A stretch of 63,320 nucleotides of DNA from an uncultured Gammaproteobacteria bacterium (GTDB lineage: Bacteria; Patescibacteriota; Patescibacteriia; Patescibacteriales; UBA12465): contig CAZNDY010000001.1 in NCBI GenBank assembly GCA_964572055.1, forward strand, positions 1-63,320. The letters are read 5' to 3'. Under the pieces are notes generated by a model that saw nothing but the letters and a program-made list of their open reading frames with translations, was not told where the DNA came from and made no database searches. Each line of letters opens with the position of its first letter. Positions within the stretch are counted from its first letter, which is position 1. A program made the position numbers and the translations under genes. This document shows positions 49,970-57,544 of the stretch, piece after piece.

Positions 49970-49977
49970 AAGGAGGA
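49970..49977 (+). promoter_or_regulatory. Canonical Shine-Dalgarno sequence (AAGGAGGA), the only one seen in the window
   Basis: GGAGG ends 8 nt before the ATG at 49985. Every other start codon I inspected sits in a purely A/T-rich context. Confidence 0.7.
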
Positions 49978-49984
49978 TTAAATA

Positions 49985-50755
49985 ATGGAAATTGATCAAA
50001 ATCTTAAAAAAGATTCTTCTTCTTTTATTAAAGAGATTCAAAAAAGAGGAATAGATTTTAAAAAAATACTTTTTTTTATTGAAGAACTTGAAAGACAGGG
50101 GTTAGACTTTGAGTCTTTTTTAGAACTTATTAAAGAAGATAAAATTTTAGCAAAAGAATTATTTGAATTTATTAATTTAAGATTACAACCCAATAGTATT
50201 GAAGCTATTTATCTTGCTCCTTGGCAGAGAATTTACAGGAAATGGTTTGGCGTGTATGTTGATATTTCCGGATTAAAGGTTCCTGAAAATTATGATCCTG
50301 AAAAACATTTTTTGATTTTAGTTGCTAAAGGTATTACTGTAAGTTCTGTTATTTCTGCTATGAGAAAAAAATTTAATGTGTGGTTGTACGCAGAAGATCT
50401 TGATTTTAAAGTTACAAAAAATGATCGCATTCCGGAGAATGAGTCATATCTTGCTTTGTTCAATCGCAGTGTTAAAGCTGATGAAGAATTCAAAAATATA
50501 TCAGCTATTGATTTGGTAAAAAAAGGAAATAAAGGAATTACATTATTAGAACGTTTATTGTTGGAGGTTTTGTATTTTGATGAAAGCAATAAGAATTTGG
50601 ATTTCGATAGTTCGACTTTGTGTTTAGGTTCACGTCTTTCAGGCCGTAAAATTCCTGAGGTCGGTTGGTATTCTGATCGTAATTTATTTTATGTTCATTG
50701 GCGACATTCGAATTATTCTTATGATTTTTTATCTTCTCGTTTTCTGATTTCTTGA
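49985..50755 (+). CDS. Hypothetical protein, paralog of the ORF at 16574-17143 with a ~70-aa N-terminal extension
   Basis: 256 aa. The C-terminal ~185 aa align colinearly with the 189-aa ORF. It ends in TGA; all other stop codons I checked in the window are TAA or TAG. Confidence 0.65.
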   Translation: MEIDQNLKKDSSSFIKEIQKRGIDFKKILFFIEELERQGLDFESFLELIKEDKILAKELFEFINLRLQPNSIEAIYLAPWQRIYRKWFGVYVDISGLKVPENYDPEKHFLILVAKGITVSSVISAMRKKFNVWLYAEDLDFKVTKNDRIPENESYLALFNRSVKADEEFKNISAIDLVKKGNKGITLLERLLLEVLYFDESNKNLDFDSSTLCLGSRLSGRKIPEVGWYSDRNLFYVHWRHSNYSYDFLSSRFLIS

Positions 50756-50788
50756 TTTTTGAAAATTTTTAGTTTTTAACCTTTTTTT

Positions 50789-50820
50789 AACCCTTGTATT
50801 TTAAAACAAGGGTTTTATTT
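50789..50820 (+). terminator. Terminator after the 49985 ORF
   Basis: AACCCTTGT-loop-ACAAGGGTT followed by TTTATTTT. Confidence 0.65.
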
Positions 50821-50827
50821 TAAGCTC

Positions 50828-50857
50828 TTGACACCCCCTATGGGTATTTGCTATAAT
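50828..50857 (+). promoter_or_regulatory. Promoter of the CsoR-family regulator gene, with an embedded C/G-tract operator-like dyad
   Basis: TTGACA, an 18-nt spacer, then TATAAT. The spacer contains ACACCCCCTATGGGTAT (50831-50847), a C-tract/G-tract pseudo-palindrome in otherwise AT-rich DNA. Confidence 0.55.
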
Positions 50858-50885
50858 ATCTTTAGAAATAATTTTTTAAAAAAAT

Positions 50886-51128
50886 ATGAGAAATATTGAG
50901 CAAAGAATAAATATTATAATTGGACAACTAGAAGGAATCAAGAAGATGTTAAATCAAAAAAACAAAACTTGCTTTGATTCCGTTGTCCAACTGAAAGCTG
51001 TTAAATCAAGTGTTGCTTCTTTGATGGATAAAATTTTAGAAGAAGAATTTAATCTTTGTTTTGATAAACAGTGTCCAAGCAGTAAAGATAATTTAAAAAA
51101 AATTGTTTCAGAGTTTATAAAAAAATAA
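50886..51128 (+). CDS. CsoR/RcnR/CstR-family (DUF156) transcriptional repressor
   Basis: 80 aa with RINIIIGQLEGIKKML and Cys29...Cys58 at the 29-residue spacing of the family ligand positions. The residue at the Cu-ligand His position is Glu. Confidence 0.75.
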   Translation: MRNIEQRINIIIGQLEGIKKMLNQKNKTCFDSVVQLKAVKSSVASLMDKILEEEFNLCFDKQCPSSKDNLKKIVSEFIKK

Positions 51129-51195
51129 TTAAAAATAATAAATAAAAACTTTTTAAAGATTATCTCTAAGATATTTTTAAAGAGTTAAAAAAATT

Positions 51196-51531
51196 ATGAG
51201 TAAAGCACAAGATGTGAGCAAAAATGATTTTGCTAAAGAAGTTTTAGAATCAAATATTCCGGTTTTAGTAGATTTTTGGGCACCATGGTGTATGCCTTGT
51301 AAAATGATGTCACCTATTTTAGATGAATTAGCTGGTGATTTAGAGGGAAAAGTAAAAATTACTAAAGTTAACACTGAAGATTCAGCTAATCAAGAATTAG
51401 CTATTGAATATCAAATTCAAAGCATTCCTAATATGAAATTGTTTAAAGATGGAAAGGTTATTGCTGAGTTTATTGGCATGAAGTCAAAGGATTCTTTAAA
51501 AAATGATATTGATGCACACTTAAATAAATAA
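51196..51531 (+). CDS. trxA: Thioredoxin
   Basis: 111 aa. VLVDFWAPWCMPCKM, an active site of the form WCxPC. Confidence 0.9.
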   Translation: MSKAQDVSKNDFAKEVLESNIPVLVDFWAPWCMPCKMMSPILDELAGDLEGKVKITKVNTEDSANQELAIEYQIQSIPNMKLFKDGKVIAEFIGMKSKDSLKNDIDAHLNK

Positions 51532-51551
51532 GATATTTAGGGTTTTTATGA

Positions 51552-51637
51552 TTTTTAAGATTATTAAGATTTTTAAAGCTTAGATTTAATTATCCTAAAT
51601 ATCTTAAATTTCCTAATAATCTTAATAATCCTTTATA
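51552..51637. repeat. Phased 9-bp repeat array arranged as an imperfect dyad in the trxA-gdh spacer
   Basis: Left arm is WTTWTTAAGA-type units. Right arm has five consecutive units: TCCTAAATA, TCTTAAATT, TCCTAATAA, TCTTAATAA, TCCTTTATA. A 13-nt segment is perfectly complementary between the arms. Confidence 0.7.
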
Positions 51638-51642
51638 AATAT

Positions 51643-52869
51643 ATGTCTGTTTTTGATAATGTTATTAAACGTTTTGAAGATTTAAAGGAAGTAATAAATT
51701 TGAAAGATGAAGATCTTAAATATTTATTAGAACCAAAATTAGTTTCTCATGCTGAATTAGAAGTTGATGGTCAAAAATTTCCTGCCTGGAGAATTATTTC
51801 TAATCGTGCTTTAGGTCCAGGTAAGGGTGGAATTAGATTTCATCCTGAGGTTAGTGAAGATGAGGTGAAGTCTCTGGCTTTTTGGATGAGTTTAAAAAAT
51901 TCTCTTTTAGATCTTCCTTATGGTGGTGCTAAAGGTGGGGTTAAATTTAATCCCAAGGAACATGATACTAAATTTTTGGAAAAAGTTTCTCGTAAATATA
52001 TAGACTCTTTTTATAAAGTTTTAGGTCAAGACAAAGATATTCCAGCTCCCGATGTTTATACCAATCCTCAAACTATGTCTTGGATGCTTGATCAATATGA
52101 AAAAAATATTGGTCACCATGAGCCAGGAATGATTACCGGCAAACCAGTAGAATTGGGTGGAATAGCTCTTCGTAGTGATTCAACCGCTAAAGGAGCTTAT
52201 TTGGTAATTTTAGAAATGGTTAAAACTTTAGGGCTTCCAGAAAAAGGATTAACTGTTGCCATCCAAGGTTTCGGAAATGCCGGACTTAATGTTGCCAAGA
52301 TGCTTTATGCTGATGGCTTTAAGATAGTGGCTGCCAATGATAGTCGAGGAGGAGTTCATAACGAAGAAGGAATAGATATTAACGAATTGATAAAATTCAA
52401 GGAAGAGTTTGGAGTTGTATCGGCTTTTTCTGATTACAAGGCCATCTCTAATGATGAACTTTTGGAATTAGATGTTGATATCTTGATTTTAAGTGCCTTG
52501 GAAAATCAGATTACTGAAAATAATGCTGATAAAATTAAGGCTAAACAGGTGGTTGAGATTGCCAACGGCCCTATTAGCTATGAAGCTGATAAGGTTTTAT
52601 TTGACAAAGGTATAACTGTTGTACCCGATATTTTGGCCAATGCTGGTGGTGTTTTGGTTAGTTATTTCGAGTGGAGTCAAAATAGAACTGGTAATATTTT
52701 AGATCAAAATTATTTAGCTGGACTATTAAACGAAAGAATGATAAAATCTTGGCACAATGTTTATAACAAACACTTAGAATTAGATAAAAAAATTGATCTT
52801 AGAAAAGCTGCTTATATTATTGCTTTAGAGAGGATAATTAAAGCTGAAAAACTAAGAGGTAATTTGTAA
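51643..52869 (+). CDS. gdhA: Glutamate dehydrogenase (Glu/Leu/Phe/Val dehydrogenase family)
   Basis: 408 aa with PYGGAKGGV and the GFGNAG Rossmann motif. Confidence 0.9.
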   Translation: MSVFDNVIKRFEDLKEVINLKDEDLKYLLEPKLVSHAELEVDGQKFPAWRIISNRALGPGKGGIRFHPEVSEDEVKSLAFWMSLKNSLLDLPYGGAKGGVKFNPKEHDTKFLEKVSRKYIDSFYKVLGQDKDIPAPDVYTNPQTMSWMLDQYEKNIGHHEPGMITGKPVELGGIALRSDSTAKGAYLVILEMVKTLGLPEKGLTVAIQGFGNAGLNVAKMLYADGFKIVAANDSRGGVHNEEGIDINELIKFKEEFGVVSAFSDYKAISNDELLELDVDILILSALENQITENNADKIKAKQVVEIANGPISYEADKVLFDKGITVVPDILANAGGVLVSYFEWSQNRTGNILDQNYLAGLLNERMIKSWHNVYNKHLELDKKIDLRKAAYIIALERIIKAEKLRGNL

Positions 52870-52874
52870 TTTAT

Positions 52875-53795
52875 ATGATTTACGACTTAATAATTATTGG
52901 TGCTGGGCCGGCTGGGATAACAGCTTCAATTTATGCTTCGCGTTATAAAATAAATCATTTGGTTATTGGAGAAATACCTGGTGGTCTCATTACTGAAGCT
53001 CATAGTATTTGCAATTTTCCGACTGAAATGGATATAAATGGTTTTGATTTAATGACTAAAATGCAAAACAATGCTGTTCATTTAGGAGCTGAAATATTAT
53101 CAATGGAAAGAATTGCTAAAATTAAAAAAGAAGGAGAAATTTTTGAGCTTGAAACTGAAAGTCAAAAAACGTTTCAAGCTAAAACAATTTTGCTTGCCAC
53201 TGGAACTAAGCATAGAAGTTTAAATATAGAAAATGAACATAAGTATTTAGGAAAAGGTTTGGCTTATTGTGCCACTTGTGATGCTATGTTCTTTAAAGAC
53301 AAGGTTGTGGCTGTTGTTGGTGGTGGAAACAGCGCATTAACGGCAGCTTTGTATTTGGCCGAAGTGGCTCAAAAAGTTTACTTGTTGGTTAGGGGAGAAA
53401 AATTTAATGGGGAGGTTGCTTGGATTGATCAAGTTAATAAAAATGAAAAAATTGAAGTTTTATTTAATACTCAAGTAAAAGATTTGAAAGGCGAAACAAA
53501 GTTAACAGAGATTAATTTAGATAAAAAAGGAGAATTATCTTCTTTAATATTGGATGGTTTGTTTGTCGAAATTGGCACTGATCCTGATAATTTTTTATCC
53601 GATCAATTGGGGGTAGAGAAAAATGAGAGGAATTTTTTGAAAGTTGATCAAGGGCAAAAAACAAATATTGAAGGTCTTTGGGCGGCTGGAGATTTAACTA
53701 CTAACTCTAATCATTTTAATCAAGTTATTACTGCTTGTAGCGAGGGTGCTGTGGCCGCTTTTGATATTTTTTCTTATTTACAAAGAAAAAAATAA
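52875..53795 (+). CDS. trxB: Thioredoxin-disulfide reductase
   Basis: 306 aa with GAGPAG (FAD), redox-active CATCD and GGGNSA (NADPH). Confidence 0.93.
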   Translation: MIYDLIIIGAGPAGITASIYASRYKINHLVIGEIPGGLITEAHSICNFPTEMDINGFDLMTKMQNNAVHLGAEILSMERIAKIKKEGEIFELETESQKTFQAKTILLATGTKHRSLNIENEHKYLGKGLAYCATCDAMFFKDKVVAVVGGGNSALTAALYLAEVAQKVYLLVRGEKFNGEVAWIDQVNKNEKIEVLFNTQVKDLKGETKLTEINLDKKGELSSLILDGLFVEIGTDPDNFLSDQLGVEKNERNFLKVDQGQKTNIEGLWAAGDLTTNSNHFNQVITACSEGAVAAFDIFSYLQRKK

Positions 53796-53813
53796 GTTTA
53801 AAGTTTTGGTAAT

Positions 53814-53842
53814 AAAAAAACACCCTTTTAAGGGTGTTTTTT
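53814..53842. terminator. Bidirectional terminator
   Basis: CACCCTT-TT-AAGGGTG flanked by an A-run and a T-run. Confidence 0.75.
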
Positions 53843-53854
53843 GTTTGTTTATTT

Positions 53855-54325
53855 TTATTCGACTATAATTTCTTCACTTCCACTTGCCATTTCCAGGTCT
53901 TCTATGTTTATTGTTTCTTCACTCAAGTAAGGGTTAACATAATTATCTATTTCAAGTGCTTGAGGATAAAAAAGAATTCCTTTTTTGTCGATATATGACT
54001 CGATTATTTCTCCAGAGCCAACATCAACTGAAACTTTGTAAAGTCCATATTCTTCCTCGATGTTAGTAATAGTTGCTTTGGTTCCAGGCATCATTAAGTT
54101 TTCGTTAATAAACGTCTCTGTTTTAGTTTTGGCTTCTTCGATACTTAAAATTCCTTTCTCTTTTGGAGGGAATTTAAAAATTAACAGAGCCAATAAACCT
54201 AAAACGACAGCTGAAATAATTACAAAAACTGCTTTTTGTTTTTGTTTTTTAGTTTCGCTTATTTTTTCAGTCTTAATTTCTTTTTTTTCCTCATGTTTTT
54301 CATGATGTTCTTTGTGTTTTTCCAT
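53855..54325 (-). CDS. Membrane-anchored hypothetical protein with a His/Lys/Glu-rich N-terminus
   Basis: The ATG at 54325 gives MEKHKEHHEKHEEKKE..., one TM, then a ~100-aa extracytoplasmic domain. The ORF-track start at 54361 is a TTG. Confidence 0.5.
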   Translation of the reverse strand: MEKHKEHHEKHEEKKEIKTEKISETKKQKQKAVFVIISAVVLGLLALLIFKFPPKEKGILSIEEAKTKTETFINENLMMPGTKATITNIEEEYGLYKVSVDVGSGEIIESYIDKKGILFYPQALEIDNYVNPYLSEETINIEDLEMASGSEEIIVE

Positions 54326-54439
54326 AGGACTTAGAGTTTTTGTTTTAAAATTTAAAAACAAAAAAACTATATTAAATTTTAAAATTAATAATGAGTTTAC
54401 AGGTAAATAATAGCAATTATTGAGTTTTTTAACAAGATA

Positions 54440-54468
54440 TTGACAAAATAATTAAAATATGATATAAT
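54440..54468 (+). promoter_or_regulatory. Sigma70-type promoter of the 54523 ORF
   Basis: TTGACA, a 17-nt spacer, then TATAAT. Confidence 0.55.
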
Positions 54469-54522
54469 TAATAGTTGTTATGTTGGACTTTAAAAATTGT
54501 TAAACTAAAAAAACAAAAAATC

Positions 54523-55062
54523 ATGAAACAAAAAATGTTTTTGTTGTTATTGTTTATTGTTTTAACTTCCTTTTTTTCATTTGGACAAGAAAAAGAAATT
54601 GATTTGAACGACGAATTGGCATTTGTTTTTATTAATTTTTGGGAAATAGACTCGGCTTGCCATTTTGTACTTAGTGATGTTTATTTTGAGTCTAATGAGC
54701 ATGCAATTTTATTTTTGAAGGACGGCATAAGTTCTTGGTCAGATCAAGAATATTTAATGAATAAAAACTTTGTTACTATTCGTGATAAAGAATTACGGGG
54801 AGTTAAATATTTAGACGAGTTTATTTTTGATATTGTTTTTCCAAATACATTTTTTATTGTTGTTGAGAGTTGTGGGCAGGTGATTGGTTCAAAAATAATA
54901 ATTTCAGTATTTGTGTCATTGCCAGAAAATTTTGATAATAATGGTAAGCCAATTGACTATAAACAGAGTCATCTTTTAGATATTCCAGGGGTGATTGAAG
55001 AAGATTCGAGCGGGTTTCTTTGGTTTAAACCAGTAGGATCAAAAAAAACACAGGGAAGCTAA
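54523..55062 (+). CDS. Secreted hypothetical protein
   Basis: The ATG at 54523 gives the signal-peptide-like MKQKMFLLLLFIVLTSFFSFGQ. No recognisable domain. Confidence 0.5.
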   Translation: MKQKMFLLLLFIVLTSFFSFGQEKEIDLNDELAFVFINFWEIDSACHFVLSDVYFESNEHAILFLKDGISSWSDQEYLMNKNFVTIRDKELRGVKYLDEFIFDIVFPNTFFIVVESCGQVIGSKIIISVFVSLPENFDNNGKPIDYKQSHLLDIPGVIEEDSSGFLWFKPVGSKKTQGS

Positions 55063-55077
55063 TTTAGCTTCCTTTTT

Positions 55078-56451
55078 TTATTTTAAAATCCTTTTTATTT
55101 TTCTCTCCAACAAAAAATAAAAAACAATACCGCCAGTAGTTATTAAAAAATATTTTATTATTATTTTTTCTTTTGTCCTTTTTTCTGATTTAAGTACTAA
55201 AGGATTTTCTTTTATTATTTCTCCAATACTTTCTTTGTCGACTTGGTTTAAATTTTTAATTGATTTTTCTGAAAGTGGTAATATTTCTATTTCATTTTCT
55301 TTTTTAACTAACAATCCTTCGATTGTATAAAAGTTACCTTCTTCTAATGTTTTTTTATTAATTTTAGTTCCTTTTTTAATTTCTATTATTATTTCTTTTT
55401 CTCCGTCATCTACATAAATTACGCTGGCCCTGTTTTGGCTTATCTCTCCTTTAATTTTAACCAAACTATCGTCTGGTAATTCATTTAAAGATGATATTGG
55501 AGTTTCTTTTATTTCTGGCCAATCATTATTAGAAGACAATATTGTTATGTCTTGAGCTTCTTTTGTTTTTATTTTAATTCCCGAATCATTTATAGATAGT
55601 TCTCCTGTGATCTTTATTTTGTCTCCGATTTTTAAATCAGGAAATTTTTTATAATAATTATATATTTGTATGCACTCAAGATAATTTTTTTGATTTTCAG
55701 CTTCTTCTAAAATATAGAAATATTGTGAGCCAAATTCTCCCGGAAGATTAATGACCATTCCTTCGGTTTCTGTTTTTGCTCCATTTTTTGCTTTTTTTAT
55801 TTCACTGATTTTTAATTTATAAATATTATTTTCTTTTTTAGTGTTTTCTTTTTTAATATTATCTGTATTTTCCAAATAATTTTTAATTGTAATTATTTCA
55901 TTTTTAGAGTTTCTGATTTCAATTAGATCTGAAGTTATTATAAAATCCTCAGTGTTATTGGGCTTGTTATAATTAAATTTAGTCCTCTTTATCACTTCAT
56001 TATTTTTTGGATTAGCCAGTGGTTTTTGATAAAAGTCTGAAGAGCCTCCCCATCCAATTTTATCAATTACTTCTTTATTTTGGTTATATAAAAGAAGAGA
56101 ATTATTAATGGAAAGAGAGGCGGTGCTAGAATAACTTAAATCTGCTTTTATTTCTTTAAATTCCAAGCTAGATATTAAAAAAAATCCTTTGGCCGGAATA
56201 ATTCCTAGAAAATTTTTTGTTGAAACTAAATTGGATTCTGTGCCGCCAGCAGTTTTCTTTTTTAGGCTATAACCTTCTAAGTTTAATGGAGAGTCGTTGG
56301 GATTATATAATTCTATAAATTCATTTTTTACTTCTTCGTTTTGACCAATCAAAACTTGATTAATAATAATTGGCAGGTCTTGAGCTAAAGATATTTTAGG
56401 AAATAAAATTAAAAATAATAAAATTATTTTTTTTATAATTACTTTTTTCAT
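55078..56451 (-). CDS. Lamin-tail-domain (LTD) protein with OB-fold-like repeats and a C-terminal TM anchor
   Basis: 457 aa with a signal peptide. LTD pattern IINQVLIGQNEEVKNEFIELYNPNDSPLNLEGYSL. Two beta-rich OB-like segments and a C-terminal hydrophobic helix. Confidence 0.65.
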   Translation of the reverse strand: MKKVIIKKIILLFLILFPKISLAQDLPIIINQVLIGQNEEVKNEFIELYNPNDSPLNLEGYSLKKKTAGGTESNLVSTKNFLGIIPAKGFFLISSLEFKEIKADLSYSSTASLSINNSLLLYNQNKEVIDKIGWGGSSDFYQKPLANPKNNEVIKRTKFNYNKPNNTEDFIITSDLIEIRNSKNEIITIKNYLENTDNIKKENTKKENNIYKLKISEIKKAKNGAKTETEGMVINLPGEFGSQYFYILEEAENQKNYLECIQIYNYYKKFPDLKIGDKIKITGELSINDSGIKIKTKEAQDITILSSNNDWPEIKETPISSLNELPDDSLVKIKGEISQNRASVIYVDDGEKEIIIEIKKGTKINKKTLEEGNFYTIEGLLVKKENEIEILPLSEKSIKNLNQVDKESIGEIIKENPLVLKSEKRTKEKIIIKYFLITTGGIVFYFLLERKIKRILK

Positions 56452-56512
56452 GGAATAATTATAAAAGATAAGAGATAAAAATTTCTTAAACTAAAAATAA
56501 TTAATTATTAAA

Positions 56513-56540
56513 ATTTTCTGATTTTAATTTTCTGATTTTA
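56513..56540. repeat. Perfect 14-bp tandem direct repeat (ATTTTCTGATTTTA x2)
   Basis: Read directly. It lies 60-90 nt upstream of the LTD gene start. On the minus strand each unit contains TAAAAT. Confidence 0.9.
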
Positions 56541-56559
56541 ATAGATTGTTTTATAAAAT

Positions 56560-56588
56560 AAAAAAACCGCTTTTCGCGGTTTTTTTTC
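56560..56588. terminator. Bidirectional terminator after rluD
   Basis: ACCGC-TTTTC-GCGGT flanked by an A-run and a T-run. Confidence 0.7.
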
Positions 56589-56607
56589 TTTGAGCTTATT
56601 TTAAAAA

Positions 56608-57534
56608 TTATTTAATTCTATCCAAAATACCTTCCAAATTTTCATCCATCTCAATTTTAAATTCTTGCCAATCTCCATTTAAATCCTTAAAGCCTAAAGT
56701 GTCAGCTATCAAAAATATTCTCCCTGGTTTTATTTTTTGATTTTTAATTTTTGATTTTTTATTACTGTATAGATTGTCCCCTAAAAGAGGATGACCATAA
56801 GCAAAAAAATGAACACGAATTTGATGAGTTCGGCCGGTTTTAATTATAGCTCTAACTAAAGTAAAATTAATAAATTTTTTAACAACTTTAAATTCAGTAA
56901 TTGCTTGTCTGGATTTTTCCAGAGCTTTTAGTCCGCCCCTAGCTCTATTGTTCATCTTTTTTTCTTCTGTCTTTTCCCCTTCACCCTCTTCTGTTTCTTC
57001 TATTTCTTTTTTTGTTTTATTTTCTTTATCAATCTCTGTCTCTCCTTCTTTTTTTGTTTCACCTTCTTGGTTTATTTTATTGTATTCTTCTAAATAATTA
57101 GTATATTCTCCTCTCCCACTTCTTAGTAGCTCTAATTCATTTTCATTTTTAGGAGAAGGGATGGCGGCCATTTTAAAACCTTGAGAAGATCTTTTTATTG
57201 GGAAGTCTATAACTCCATATTCTTTTTCTATTTTTCCATAAACTAAAGCTAGATATTCTTTTTTTATTTTTCTATTTTTAAACTGATTTTTAAAAAATTC
57301 AAAAGCTTCATTATTTTTTGGTATAAGCATTAAACCACTAGCCTCTTTGTCTAGGCGATGAACTATGCCCGGTCTTTCTGGGTCATCGCCAACTTTGGCA
57401 ATTTCTGGATAATTTTCTATTAGCCAATCACTTAGTGTTTTTTCTTTTATACCCTTACCACCGTGAGCAATTAAGCCAGCTGGCTTATTTATTATTAGGT
57501 AATCTTTTTGATCGGATATTATTTGAATATTCAT
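56608..57534 (-). CDS. rluD: RluA/RluD-family pseudouridine synthase with a low-complexity insert
   Basis: 308 aa with the catalytic HRLDKEASGLMLI and C-terminal GRTHQIRVH. An ~80-aa E/K-rich insert lies between them. Confidence 0.85.
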   Translation of the reverse strand: MNIQIISDQKDYLIINKPAGLIAHGGKGIKEKTLSDWLIENYPEIAKVGDDPERPGIVHRLDKEASGLMLIPKNNEAFEFFKNQFKNRKIKKEYLALVYGKIEKEYGVIDFPIKRSSQGFKMAAIPSPKNENELELLRSGRGEYTNYLEEYNKINQEGETKKEGETEIDKENKTKKEIEETEEGEGEKTEEKKMNNRARGGLKALEKSRQAITEFKVVKKFINFTLVRAIIKTGRTHQIRVHFFAYGHPLLGDNLYSNKKSKIKNQKIKPGRIFLIADTLGFKDLNGDWQEFKIEMDENLEGILDRIK

Positions 57535-57544
57535 ATTTTTAAAA

